A stretch of DNA of 64,000 bases from Fimbriosthenelais zetlandica (GCA_977030845.1 OZ365109.1:43276001-43340000); one strand, 5' to 3'. Shown: positions 23,501 to 35,418, counted from the stretch's first letter. A program made the numbers and translations. Notes: a model not told the origin generated them from the letters alone.

Positions 23501-26500
23501 ATGACCTCATTTCATTTATAATTCATTATTGCCTCAATATGACCCACAAAAATGTAGAGATAAATAAATTATATTTTCTCTGTAGGTTCATGGCTTGCAT
23601 GAGAGCTTGGAGAAGTTGTTGTTAGACACGGGATCCATGTGTAAAGCAGTCATTTGTTGCCGGGTTACTCCTCTACAGAAAGCCCTGGTAGTAGATCTCA
23701 TTAAACGACATAAAAAATGTGTCACACTCGCTATAGGTGACGGCGCTAACGACGTCAGCATGATCAAAAGTAAGTCAAAAGACTTTCCCAGTATATTATA
23801 TTGATTATGTTTTAGTAAGTCCTCCAAAACTTACTCGCATGTGAACACTAAAAAAATAAATAACCAAAGGTTCATGGTTTTGAATGAGGTGCTCTGTTCT
23901 CCCCGAGGTCGGAAGACGCAGTAATGCCCGAGCGAACGAAGTGAGCGCGAACATTATAGCCCAATGTTATATTTACCTGATGGCAATATCAGTATGAAAT
24001 AAATAGAAATGAGTATATATAATGTTGTATTTTCGCTTGTCCACAGCCGCCCATATAGGTATCGGTATTAGTGGTCAGGAAGGACTACAAGCCGTCCTCG
24101 CCTCCGATTACTCCATCGCTCAGTTCCGTTATCTTGAACGTCTACTGCTCGTCCACGGACGCTGGTCCTACCTTAGAATGAGCAAATTCCTCAAATACTT
24201 CTTCTACAAAAACTTTGCCTTCACACTCTGCCATTTCTGGTATGCCTTCTTGTGCGGCTTCTCCGCCCAGGTATGTTCATGAATTTTTATTATTTTTCTT
24301 GTATGGTTTAACGTAGTAGGCACCTAACGGATTTATTCCAAAATATTTAATTGTTGATATTCATTTATATATTTATGATATAGAATCCATTCTTCCCAGT
24401 ATCGGAAAGATTGAGAGTAATCATTGGTCATAAAGGTCTCCTAGAAAACCTATATCCTTTCCAAAAAATTATATTGAAAAAATCAACAGATAACTTGTTA
24501 TCAAATGTTATTTGTTTACTTCTAAGATTACGTTACAGTAAAGTTATCTTTCTCTGGATTTTGTAAAATTATTTAATCATGCACTTTTTTCAGCTCAAAT
24601 CTTCACTAACAGTCCCTCCGTTACTCCCTTAGATGAGTGGAAAAAGTTAGCTATAAGCAAATTTGTAAAAGTAATGGCCCTAGTGATAACTCCATTTCAC
24701 TTTAGAAATAAGGATTTTTTCCCCAACAATTTAGACGGACATCATGTCTTCTATTTTCAGTAGAACATTTCGGAGTTTAAGCCCGTTAGACAATGAAATG
24801 TAGCAACCTTTTCAGAGTATCTTGTACGTCCGCCTAGTGGAATTATTTCTACTTACAAAATATTTGTCCACAATTTTTGCCATCTCTCTATTCTCCAGTT
24901 TCCCCACTGCCGTGTTAACTATGAACGTGGCAATGCTTTCTTTCAGAGTATATATGACCCCATCTTTATCAGTTGCTACAACTTATTTTTCACCGCCGGA
25001 CCTGTAGTAATGTTAGGTGTATTTGACAAGGTATGTTCTCTCTAAGCCAGCCGTCTGTAGGTTGCTGCTGACGCTAGTGTTAAGGGTCCGTGGTGGCCAA
25101 AATGCATCGCGAAAAAAGAGGTCAAAAGCTATATCCTCTTTCAGCTGTCCATCTTTTTTGCACCAAAAATTTTTCACAAGAATTGTTTTTAAGAAAGGCC
25201 AAAAAGAAAAAGGATTACCAGATTGAAAAAGAATCTTTTAATACAGTTTTGATGAAGTTAATTTTCACCTATTGGAAAGCAGATCTGCTGGAGAGCTGTT
25301 TCTCGATGCATTCATCTCTGGAGGTGCCAGTGATCGGAGCGCTAACCAGTCCGGGGGCCTGAGAGTGATTACTTTGGTTCCCAACTTTGACCTTATGTTT
25401 TCTCCCTCTGACATGAGCGAAATCAAAAGAATGATGTACGTTAAGTTAAGCACACGGGCGTGTGGAATATTCATTTTTCAGACCCTTTATGACGAGGCCT
25501 TCATCTCCCTATACAACGTTTGCTACACCAGTTTACCAATTCTGGCCCTTGGGGTCTTTGACCAGGTAGGTGGTGGCCACCGTGTGTAGAAAAGAAAATA
25601 TATTATAATGCACCAATAACCCATTGGGTCTTTCCATCTTAATCCTTACCTTATACCTGTGTTTCTCCTACATATAGGCATGTAGCATGGATCTCTATAT
25701 ATTCACATTCACTCACTGACTTAAATCAATTCCCTGAGTCGCACCTTTAATCAGTTGTTGGGTAGATTTTCTCTAACTGTCAGTATAATACTAATAGAGT
25801 GACCTATGTTTACTTTCTGCAGCACAAACCTATCCAAACACTTATTGTTGTCTATTGAGTTAAATGGAGGTAAATTTATTCTTTAAAGTGGAAAACACTA
25901 CATGTAGTATCATGTAGGGTTTTATTTTTTTAAATTTCAAAATAGATTTATTTATCCTGAAATACATTTGGTGAAAGAATATAGAATATTAGCAAGTTAT
26001 ATCAAGAAAACATCTGTAGATCAACGGATCAATGACGCCACCTACACTGCCAGTGGCACCCTCTGATGAATATAAGCCTGATCGTCTCTATTGGCGGCAG
26101 TGGAGAAATTAGCTCTATTTTAATCATAGGGTGCCATCGGCAGTGTGAGTGACGTCATTGATCCCCAAATCTACAAATAATTCAAGATTTTTTTATTAGA
26201 AAACCCTGCATGATACTTGGTTTTTCCCTTTAAATTTACTCAGATGTGTGTGACAATTAACAAAGGTATGTGGGACTAATATGAGAGTTAGTTTGGCGTT
26301 GAAACTTTATAGAACTACAAGAGCTGCCGATCGGTATTTCAGATTTCTTTTCTAAATCTATGTCCCAGTCATTACGTAGATCTGCTTTTGATATTAAAGT
26401 CTTTGAATCACAATCAGGACATGCCATGTGAGGAATATGCAGTATAAGCATCTACAGAGATTAGAATCTACACTATAGGTGTAAGTGAACGATTAGTTCA

Positions 26501-28455
26501 TGATAATTGGCAATTCAAATACTTCCCAGTATGAGGCTCTGGTATTCTACCCTAAAACACATTGAGGTACACCATTAAAATCATCCATTACCTTCATTAA
26601 TTCAAAGACTTGAAAATCAGAGCCTTGATGAATATATACATAAACCAAAGGTTGTCCCTCTCAGTTCATTTTCCCTGTCATGATCAGAAAATGTAAAGAA
26701 AGTCAAGTCGTTAGGCGTGGAAAGAGGTTAGTCAGAGGTAAGATAACTATATATATTAAGGGGAACATGGATGCTCAATTATCTCCCACCATCAACCTCC
26801 TTGCTAAAGGTGGTGGACCGAAATCTATAATTAATATCCGCACTATAACATACTACTACCGGTGGATACACTTCAATCAATCGATGTGGATATCGGTAAC
26901 TCCTAAACTTAATTAGCCATATATTTGTTTGAAGAAATATCTCATTATTATTGTTATGAATTTTATTGAAATCATAACCTGCTCATCATTTCCGTTTTAA
27001 CCTTTGAGTGTCTGTTTGTAAATATCCTTTTTGCCAATTCATTATTGCTTTATTGCTTATATTTCACCGCATGACACTTATATTTCACTCTGTACTTGAT
27101 AGGCCTGTATCACTGCATTTAAATTATTTCACTAAATGTTTCTTCAAATATCTAATTACTCTATGTAATTATATAATGCTTTTAGCTTTGGAGGAAGCTA
27201 AATACTTTCCTCTTCAACTTTATTTCTAAATAAAAGTCCTTCCCTTCTCGATTTTTATTATTTATTTCTAAATATATTCATAAAAAAATCTATGATAGGA
27301 TTTTTAAACCGGTCAAAAAGTTAAAAGTTAAAAAGCTGTCTATTGTTACTTGCAGGATGTGAATGAAGAGTATTCTCGACTCTACCCTAAGCTCTATACG
27401 CCGGGACATTTGGATTTGCTATTCAATAAGAAAGTCTTTGGTCAAGGTGTAACGGAAGGCGTCATCACTTCACTCATCCTATTCTTCATCCCTTACGGCG
27501 CCTTCCACGATGCTATCGCCTCCGATGGTACAGACCTGGTGGGGCACAAAGGCTTCGGCTTCGTCGTAGCCTCATGTCTTATCGTAGCTGTAACTATGAG
27601 GGTGAGTAGTGTTTTCAATCATAGTTTGACCATTTCATCTGAACATTATTCGATGGCAGCTTGGGTGTATAATATTCCTCATACTAACTCGACTATCTAA
27701 GTAATAGACACCTGTCTGAGGAGGATGAATTGCATTCCATTTAATTATAAAACATAGGGAATTGTTTTATTTCGTTTTTCTGTTCATTTCTGTATTATGA
27801 AATGGTGCTTATCACTATTATTGCACCATTGGATCTTAGGAATATGAATGATTGAAACATTAGTTGGGGGGGAAAACAAAGCAACAAGTTTGAATTGCAG
27901 AACCATACATGATAAAGACCCTAATTCCAATTTCAGTGTGGACTGGAGACTTATTATTGGACAGCCTTCAACCACGTCTTCATTTGGGGTAGCATACTTT
28001 TCTACTTTGCGTTCACCTTCATTTTTTACGCCGACTTCGTTGGCTACGAATACGTGGGCGTTGCCAGGGCGTTGATGAGTACGGCCCAGTTCTGGTTCAC
28101 CCTCATCCTGACCGTGGTGGTCTTACTGGTGCCAGTAGTGGCTGAACGTTTCTACTACATGGACACCAGACCAACACTGGCCGACAAGGCAAGGCTCAAA
28201 CAGAAGGTAACCACCTCACGCTCGCGCTCCGGCGAGCTTATACTGCGGAGAACCTCCACCATGCGCCGCAGTAACCGCTCCATCCGCTCCGGCTATGCTT
28301 TCTCTCATTCTCAAGGTTTCGGTGAATTGATCACAACCGGGGCCATGAGGCAACAGCGGCCCACCCATCGGGCCCCCGCCCATAACGGAAGGCCCTCCGC
28401 TAACAATAACAAGGTCGGGGCCAGCCCGGACACGAGGCAAAACCCGGTTGCTTAA
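8060..28455 (+). CDS. ATP8B: P4-ATPase phospholipid flippase of the ATP8B subfamily, about 1190 aa, 23 coding exons per isoform
   Basis: Exons: 8060-8093, 9550-9608, 10243-10356, [11176-11274 or 12740-12838], 14523-14657, 14864-14934, 15181-15263, 15481-15728, 16159-16388, 16777-16939, 17143-17232, 17486-17648, 17857-17936, 18156-18257, 18464-18583, 22184-22281, 22558-22736, 22947-23194, 23586-23769, 24047-24270, [24947-25030 or 25482-25565], 27356-27601, 27937-28455. All are GT-AG with consistent phases and sum to 3573 nt. Motifs: DGETN, PISL, DKTGT, KGAD, LTGDK, GDGAND and C-terminal RSGYAFSH. The choice of first coding exon is the least certain part. Confidence 0.95.
8502..8558. repeat. 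(CT)n microsatellite
   Basis: Uninterrupted CT run of about 28 units followed by a C run. Confidence 0.95.
9375..9459. repeat. (CCAT)n microsatellite
   Basis: About 20 imperfect CCAT units. Confidence 0.9.
11176..11274 (+). CDS. ATP8B: Flippase alternative exon A1 (TM1-2 loop + TM2)
   Basis: tttag|...|gtaagt, 99 nt, phase 0-0; [33 protein letters not shown]. Confidence 0.85.
12740..12838 (+). CDS. ATP8B: Flippase alternative exon A2 (TM1-2 loop + TM2)
   Basis: aacag|...|gtgagt, 99 nt, phase 0-0; [33 protein letters not shown]. Confidence 0.88.
15760..15930. repeat. Degenerate minisatellite with a unit of about 21 bp in a flippase intron
   Basis: Recurring unit close to (c)attatgacagtgagaccta. 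Confidence 0.7.
18673..21831 (-). CDS. Nested family-B (secretin/adhesion/Methuselah-like) 7TM receptor with signal peptide, somatomedin-B-like and Cys-rich ectodomain, about 862 aa
   Basis: Exon 1 CDS 21820-21831 (ATG GCT CCT GAG|gtaggg) splices in phase 0 to tttag|21249-18673, restoring a signal peptide ([22 protein letters not shown]). SMB-type [17 protein letters not shown]; two Y-x-N-x-x-C-A-x-C motifs; seven hydrophobic helices with family-B hallmarks ([21 protein letters not shown]). Lies inside flippase intron 18584-22183. Confidence 0.9.
21874..21881 (-). promoter_or_regulatory. TATA box of the nested receptor gene
   Basis: TATAAATA on the minus strand about 45 nt upstream of the ATG at 21831. 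Confidence 0.55.
24947..25030 (+). CDS. ATP8B: Flippase alternative exon B1 (TM6)
   Basis: tttcag|...|gtatgt, 84 nt, phase 0-0; [28 protein letters not shown]. Confidence 0.85.
25482..25565 (+). CDS. ATP8B: Flippase alternative exon B2 (TM6, canonical ATP8B-like)
   Basis: ttttcag|...|gtaggt, 84 nt, phase 0-0; [28 protein letters not shown]. Confidence 0.9.
26015..26175. mobile_element. MITE-like imperfect inverted repeat
   Basis: Arms of about 45 bp: ggatcaatgacgccacctacactgccagtggcaccct (26026-26062) versus the reverse complement of agggtgccatcggcagtgtgagtgacgtcattgatcc (26128-26164), extending to tgtagat/atctaca. Confidence 0.65.
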
Positions 28456-29116
28456 TAATAATGTATATATTACACATGTATTACCTAGCTAGTTACAAAA
28501 AGGCTGAACAACCAATGACGAGATGCCTACTTGTATAAAGTAGCTCATGTATAAAAGAAGAAGATATTTTAGGGTAACTTTATGTTTAAAAAAAATGACA
28601 TTTTATACCTGCTTGTCAAGTGTACATGTTATAGCAAGCCTGGCTGTTTCTGTTATTTATGATATGTTCAAAATCGATGCTTCAATTTGCACTTGTATTA
28701 CAATTGAAATCAGGTTTTTTGTTTTTTGGCATTGCTATTTTTTATGCAAGTGCACGACTATTTGTGCCTGCAATGCTGATGTTGCCTTTACTAGCTTTAG
28801 CTTAATGTTCTCTCTAAATCGGGATAATTATAATGTACCAGTCAAGTAGTTTTTTCTATCAGGAGATTGTGATGTTTTTGTGAACTAAAAATGGGAGTCA
28901 TTCCATTTGAAAAGCAAGGTGATTTAATATGCAATATTGCAACACACTTGAATGCAAATCCCTACGATCAGCCATAGTTATTGAATCATGAAAAAATTGG
29001 AAACCCCCAATCCCCCACCCCCAAATGAATAATAATTTAGTTATGATTCGTTCGTACCCCAGCCATTTTGGTATCTGCTATTGAACAAGAAGATTGAACA
29101 AGTATTTATATCATAT

Positions 29117-29224
29117 AACAAAACTTCAGGGATGGGGTCAACGAGATGAAAATACTGCCCGAAACGGCGCAGCCGTTGAGGGCATGTGTTTTCATCGAGT
29201 TGTCCCCATCCCTGAAGTTTTGTT
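29117..29224. repeat. Palindromic interspersed element of about 108 bp
   Basis: aacaaaacttcagggatgggg...ccccatccctgaagttttgtt arms around an AACGGC-GCA-GCCGTT core. Confidence 0.85.
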
Positions 29225-29650
29225 TTTATTCCATGGTCCCTACGGTCTTAAATGATATTTTTTGTGTTTTAAAAAAGAAATTACCGAAATAGATCTACCT
29301 TAGAGCTGCACGACATTGGGTTGACTTGCTTTAGCTTGCTTGACGACCGTGCGGCACCGCCATTTTGATTGACCTTGACATTGATTTATTAGGTCATCCA
29401 ATTTTTTCTTACTTTAATTTTTAATACTCAATTGGGGAATGGAACATATTCTTTCATTTATTTGTATTTATTTATGTCAGTTATTAAAATTAATGCATAG
29501 TTAGAGGAAAAAACTTCGGGGCCTATCGCTAATGCCGCGCTCCTGCTCTGCCAGATGACGTCCCATTATGACGTCATAGTGACGTCGCAAAAGGGGCCGC
29601 TCTCTGGCAACCAGTACGAGAACTACGCCTCGATCTGAGAGCGGGCAATA

Positions 29651-29700
29651 TAGTCTTGAGAGCCTGCAATACGTGCTACTTATTGCAGGCTCTCAAACTA
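29651..29700. repeat. Short perfect hairpin
   Basis: tgagagcctgcaata (29657-29671) / tattgcaggctctca (29681-29695), 9-nt loop. Confidence 0.85.
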
Positions 29701-32700
29701 ACCATGGAATAATATCATGTATGCGCATTCGAATATTTCGAAGTCCTGGCAATTTTGAGACTCCAACCTATTTATATCAGATCCAATGCGAGTCAATGAA
29801 CGTTGATATCCAGAGCCTTATGATCTGGTTCCCTGTTCCATTCCCCTTTTTTCAAAGAAACAGGAATGCAGTAGGCAATGTCTATTAAACATGGCTGAAT
29901 TGTTCAATAAACTAGAAAGACCAAATTAGAGATCAGGCCATAAGTTTGGACTATTCCGAGTCAGGTATGCTACCTTGAGTGATTACTTTACCAGACTGAG
30001 ATATGGTGCCCGTGACACTCAGTTTAGGCCTATATAGGAAATCTATTCCTAATTTTAAACGAATAATTATTGCAAACACAGATAGTTCCAGACACTAAGT
30101 TCGACTGCACATTTTTCTAAATATGTCTGAGGTATTTTCCGACTGAAACGCATCCAAACCGGAAGTGGACTTGTTGAAATGTGTCACAATGTCATATTTC
30201 CGTTATAGTGGACCGTTTTATCTGTGTTTGCGTTAATTAATAGACTGACCAACTGTTGAACATTACGTATTGCATCAGTGACATTACTGTTTAAATTACA
30301 ACGTATGAGATACCGAACAATTGAGATGTAATATTTTTGCAGTACAAAAAGTAGTGCATGACTGGCCGTTTTCACTGGTCCATACTGATGTAGGATTTAT
30401 TGAATTTAACCAATTTCAATGATCGGGAATATCAACAACCATCGTGTTCGTATCTTTAAGTTCACTTTGCAAGCAAATCTATTCATATTTCATTTCATTG
30501 GGGGAATTTATTTTGGGTACCGGTACTATTTTTAAAAATCAGGCCATACTAACACAAGATCTAGTGCTACATTCTAATGGATCTATGAACTATTTCCTAG
30601 GCATGCGTTTTGAATAACTCTACTTTTATGTGATCACATAGGTATGTCCCAGAATAGTCAAGATTGTCCTTCACCCGAGTACACTTCCCTACAATCTATA
30701 CAAAATACTGTTAGGTACGACTGAACATTATAACTGGCTGGTCCCAGTTTGACTTCTCAAAGTCTACAATATGGCCAGCACTCTTCTTGTCAACCATTTC
30801 TCACATCTATTTCTTTCTATCTCTTTTTATCGCATTATCGTGATCAGCATACACGCAAAAATCCGCCCATTTTGTATCTGTAGCTAGGTAGAAAGTTTTT
30901 ATTTTTTAGATCCTGCCAAGAAGTGGGCCTTACCTAAAAATGAAAAGTCTGTACAAAGTTATCTAACCCAAATAGATTTTGATGGCGGGGTATATTGTAT
31001 GGGATGGGACATGGGTTCTACATCTGATATATGGTCATAGGGCATTGAATTGGAGATTCCGAAATTGAAAAGGGGGAAAATTCAATATACAAATTTCTCC
31101 ATTGAATCAAGTCTTAAATATGAAACTATATTGAACTTTGATGAAAATATAAATAAGTGTACTGCACTTCAAATGGCATTGGCTTACTCTTTTAATGTGT
31201 GCTATGTATAAAATGGTAATTTTCCTAGATAGCAATAAGCTCGCTGTTAAACTAAGAGAAACCAAAGTGTAGTAGTGGTAAAGAATTGTAGTCAATGCCA
31301 GTCTTTTTTAAAGTAGATGATAACAATCTAAATGTTGAAGTAAACTTCAAATGGAATGAATGATTGTACTCTCCCGAATGTAAAACATATCGGGTGCGCT
31401 CCAATTATAAGGTTATTAATATATTGAATAAAATCTAATTTTATATCAAATGATCTTTCTAGATATGCTCAAAATTGAGCCATGCCGTCCTAACAAATTC
31501 TATAAATTGTTACTTGTATATGCAGAAAACCTGTTGGGTGTTAACAATATGGGAAATAGTAATTGCTTCATAGGAGTCCTTCTGTGTTCTTGTTGTAAAT
31601 CTCTTGGATTTTCTTTTTTGCAATTTTATATATGAATCGGAATCTATATGGGAATTCTACCTGCCACCTGAATGTTATGTAAAATTTAACTTTTATAAAA
31701 TTGCAGTGGTTGGATAGTTCACGTTAACAAAACGGGTCATACCATATTTAATTTAGTAATTACATTTCAACGAATATTCCTGAATCAATCATGGATATGC
31801 AATTTACATTTGTAATCTATTTGTTAAATGTTTCGATGGTGATAGAAAATAGTAATATATTGAAGTTTCAAAACCATGATTTATTGTAACATGATGCAGG
31901 TATGGACATCAATTTAGGAGGGGTAAATTATCGGTTTCTATCTCTGCCTTATCACTGTTCGATATGATTTCCATCCCATTCCACGTTGCATTTTACAACT
32001 TGAGATGATATTGAATTTGTTACGGGCAATGCAATATGAATGTGTGTCTTGTGTGTGATGTTCTACTGTGGGGCACACGTTCATAATTTCCTCCATTGTT
32101 GAATGTCGATTGTCGGTTTTGTATACTACACGGAACATCACTAAAAGCAGTCCATTCTGAGAAAATATCATTTATGAGACTCAACGCTGTGTACCCTAAA
32201 AAATGTCAACCAAAAAACCACTCTAAAATCAGTTGATTAATGAAGATTTAACAGTTGAATCCGACGTGCCTTAAGCCTTTACAGATCAAGTATTTAGTTC
32301 CAGTTGTAGATACAAATTACGTGCAAAACATACTTGTTCTATAGGCCTACAAGCAGTGTATTTGTCAGCCAAAATTTAGTGAAGAAATTTTAGAATTGTG
32401 TAAAAATGTACACATTTTTCAAGAGGTGGGGAAGGAATTTAATTGTAAATGGGTAAACCAAATAAGTAGGCTGCCGTTTAAAATTTTTAGCTTCATTGCA
32501 TTTCCACTCCATGAAGCTTTGAGAGAAGATGGAATATATTATTAAATACGCAGGCAGAGTGCAGTTTACCTTTCATTTTATAGGCCTACATGTATTGTTA
32601 TTTATGCCAGTGCTTGATTACATAACAATCATTGCTCACGTTGATTAACCTCGCTTTACCAAAAACATATTATGGCTAAGACGGGCTCCTGATCTCTTAT

Positions 32701-34988
32701 GTGTCACTACCAGCCCGCATATAGCCGGAATCCCAGAGTCAGTTTAGTTTCCAGCATTCATTTAGCCACAAGGAAATTTACAATATTATTAAGAAGCAAT
32801 CCCAAATTTGTATACCAGCTTAGGGTCAGCTTATGAAGGGAAGAGGGCAAGTCTGTATTCAAATTCTAAGTTACCCCCAACAGACTTTTATGATTGCGTT
32901 CATAGTTTCGCTATAGGCTAATTATATAACCTGTATCAATTTCCCAAGCAAACAAATCTTGATGTAGCATATCATCTCTCGAGAAGGATATTAATTATAT
33001 TTTTTGGCCCTGGTGCACAAATAAGTTCTGGGAAATTCGGGAATTTGTGTTGGACTAGTCTTTCTTGTATCTGCTGCGTCCGTATTTTCTTACCCGCTTT
33101 CCGATTATTTCCCCTCTATGGACCTGTTCTGTTAAAGTCTTAGTAGGCCTATTACTCTCAGTAATTGGTCTGTTGATCATATTTTTGTTGATGGATTTAT
33201 ATTTTCTCCAGTGATCTATACATTTTAAGACACTGCATGAATTATCATCTACAATCAGTTTATTTTCTTTCGGTGACCAGTACTTAGTTTTCTAGCTTTG
33301 TATTGCTAAAAACGTATAAGAACAACTGTCCAGTGGCTTGATTGTCACAAACTAAGTCCAAAATGTGTACATATTATATGCAATATTTAACCAAAATGTC
33401 AACTTCCTTCAACACAAGAGGTGCGACTGCTTGATTTGGAACTAAGCCATGCATACACAATCAAGAGACATTATGCCATTTATGATATATTATACAGTCT
33501 TATAAATATCCTTAACTCAGGGCTCAGTCCAAGCTCCAATTCCTTGAATGTATCAACTATCCTTCCGTGATTGAATAATATTAATAATTTATGATATAAA
33601 ATATAAAGCCGACTCCGGAATTTTACCATGTGACGTGGGTTTTTGAGCAAATATATCACACCCAAACATTGATGAATGTATAGATTGTTGATATGTAATT
33701 ATGTAAAAGTATAATTATCCTTGTCGATTTCCAGTTTGTCTGTGCACCTGATGCCATTCTGTCCTATATTTTTATGACTTGGAAAAACTGTCCCCAAGTT
33801 CATGTCCGCTTTGGGGGAAAACTATTTGTTTAAATGATATTTTTCTGTGAAATAAACTTGCGAAAGCGATATCTGCTAACAGTTGTTTTCACATAGATAT
33901 TATATTTTTAAAGCTTAATAATATAAGAATATTATAGTCTCATAAATGATGAACCAATGTAAGCTCTTATGGCTGCCATCTTGGACCGTTTTAACGGGTG
34001 GCGAGTTACATTTCTGTTAGTTCCTATTTTACCCGGTCGTGGCGTTCCTGTACCAATCCCGTCTGTTACTCCAACAGCTAGACACTAACTAGATGGCAGC
34101 ACTGTTATTGGATCGACCCGCGAACCGAGAATCGTTCTAAATGGTCTTAGATTACTTGCTATTCGTATTGATCCATTTGGACGGTTATTATTACTTAACC
34201 TCTAAAAGACGTGTTCAGTTACGCACTATGGCGCCTCGGAGGGTCCGGGATTCAATGAACTCTGGCTGGGCCTGGCTCACTGAACTTCACTCTTCAGCCA
34301 GGAGCTCAGTCAGCAGATGACTGCATTTCTTGCTAAACATTGACAAACCTATCGGAAAAATTGGAGATTGAACTGTCTCAATTTACTGTCGTATCTACAA
34401 TATTCATATAATAGCGTGATTGATATAAAATGCCACTTGTTCAATTGTCGAGGCAAGCTTTAGGCCAGTTGCCACCAAAACAAACGCCAACCGATACCTT
34501 TGTCCGCGTGCGAAGGGGTAGTCTACCGCCTCAACCCTGATTATAATTTGTTTATATACATGTATACAGTAAACTCTCACTTAGCTGCCCGTTTTTTCTG
34601 CCCGGCCCGCGGACCATGTTCTGGTATTTCAGGTGGAGGGTGTTCACTACAGAGAATGGCAATAGGCAAACTATATTACTAGTTTAACAGTCAGTGCCCG
34701 CCTGGCCCAATCTTGTGTTTTGTTGGGTGAAAATTGCTACTGTTTTCCATGCCTTTTTTTGGCCTGATTGGTCATTCAACTGCCAGGAATAGAAAGGTGT
34801 CCATACTATGCAGTACTGCTGGTGATCAGAGACCGTGACGAGTGAGGTATTGTTGTTCACCTCCTCATGTCAGTATGGATCTGATTCTAAAGAAGAAAGC
34901 CTTGTTCTCAAGATACTCTCTTGATACAAGGTTGGCAGGTTATTACTTTTTGCAGTAGTGCTGAACTATAGTGCCATTTGGAGTGTGA

Positions 34989-35060
34989 GCCCAAATAGTC
35001 CAAAGGTTTAGGCACCCGTCTGATAAGCTGGCAACACTGGTTCGATTCCTGATTGGGCTA
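34989..35060 (+). pseudogene. Degenerate tRNA-like sequence (SINE head or pseudo-tRNA; GAT in the anticodon loop)
   Basis: gcccaaa...ttgggc acceptor-like ends, loop CTGATAA, B box GGTTCGATTCC. The T and anticodon stems are mismatched. Confidence 0.5.
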
Positions 35061-35418
35061 GTGCCTTTTCACTGGGCTCTGGGTCATAAGATATGTTTTC
35101 TCCAAAATAATACCAACTCGAAAACCAATTTTTCTAAATATAAAACATTTCCCGTTTTTTGTTGGAGGTGTTTTTTGGGAAAAGTTCTTATAATATAGAC
35201 ATCATCATTTTATTATTACTTGCTTATTTTTTCCATAAGTTTTCAAAGGTTTTCCACAACAACCATTTATTCATATATTCAAAGATCGAAAAAGCATGAT
35301 CATTAAATTAAAGATCATACACAAACAGGTTTTGCTTCAATTCAAAGTAGGAAGACACTAGATTGTATTACTTCATTTTTTCGGAATATAGACTAAAAAG
35401 TTGCAATGATCAATGTGA

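Noticed and set aside
30600-33700. Possible LINE 3' remnants (about 31200-31650 and 33400-33700)
   Set aside because: The similarity is too faint to call without an alignment.
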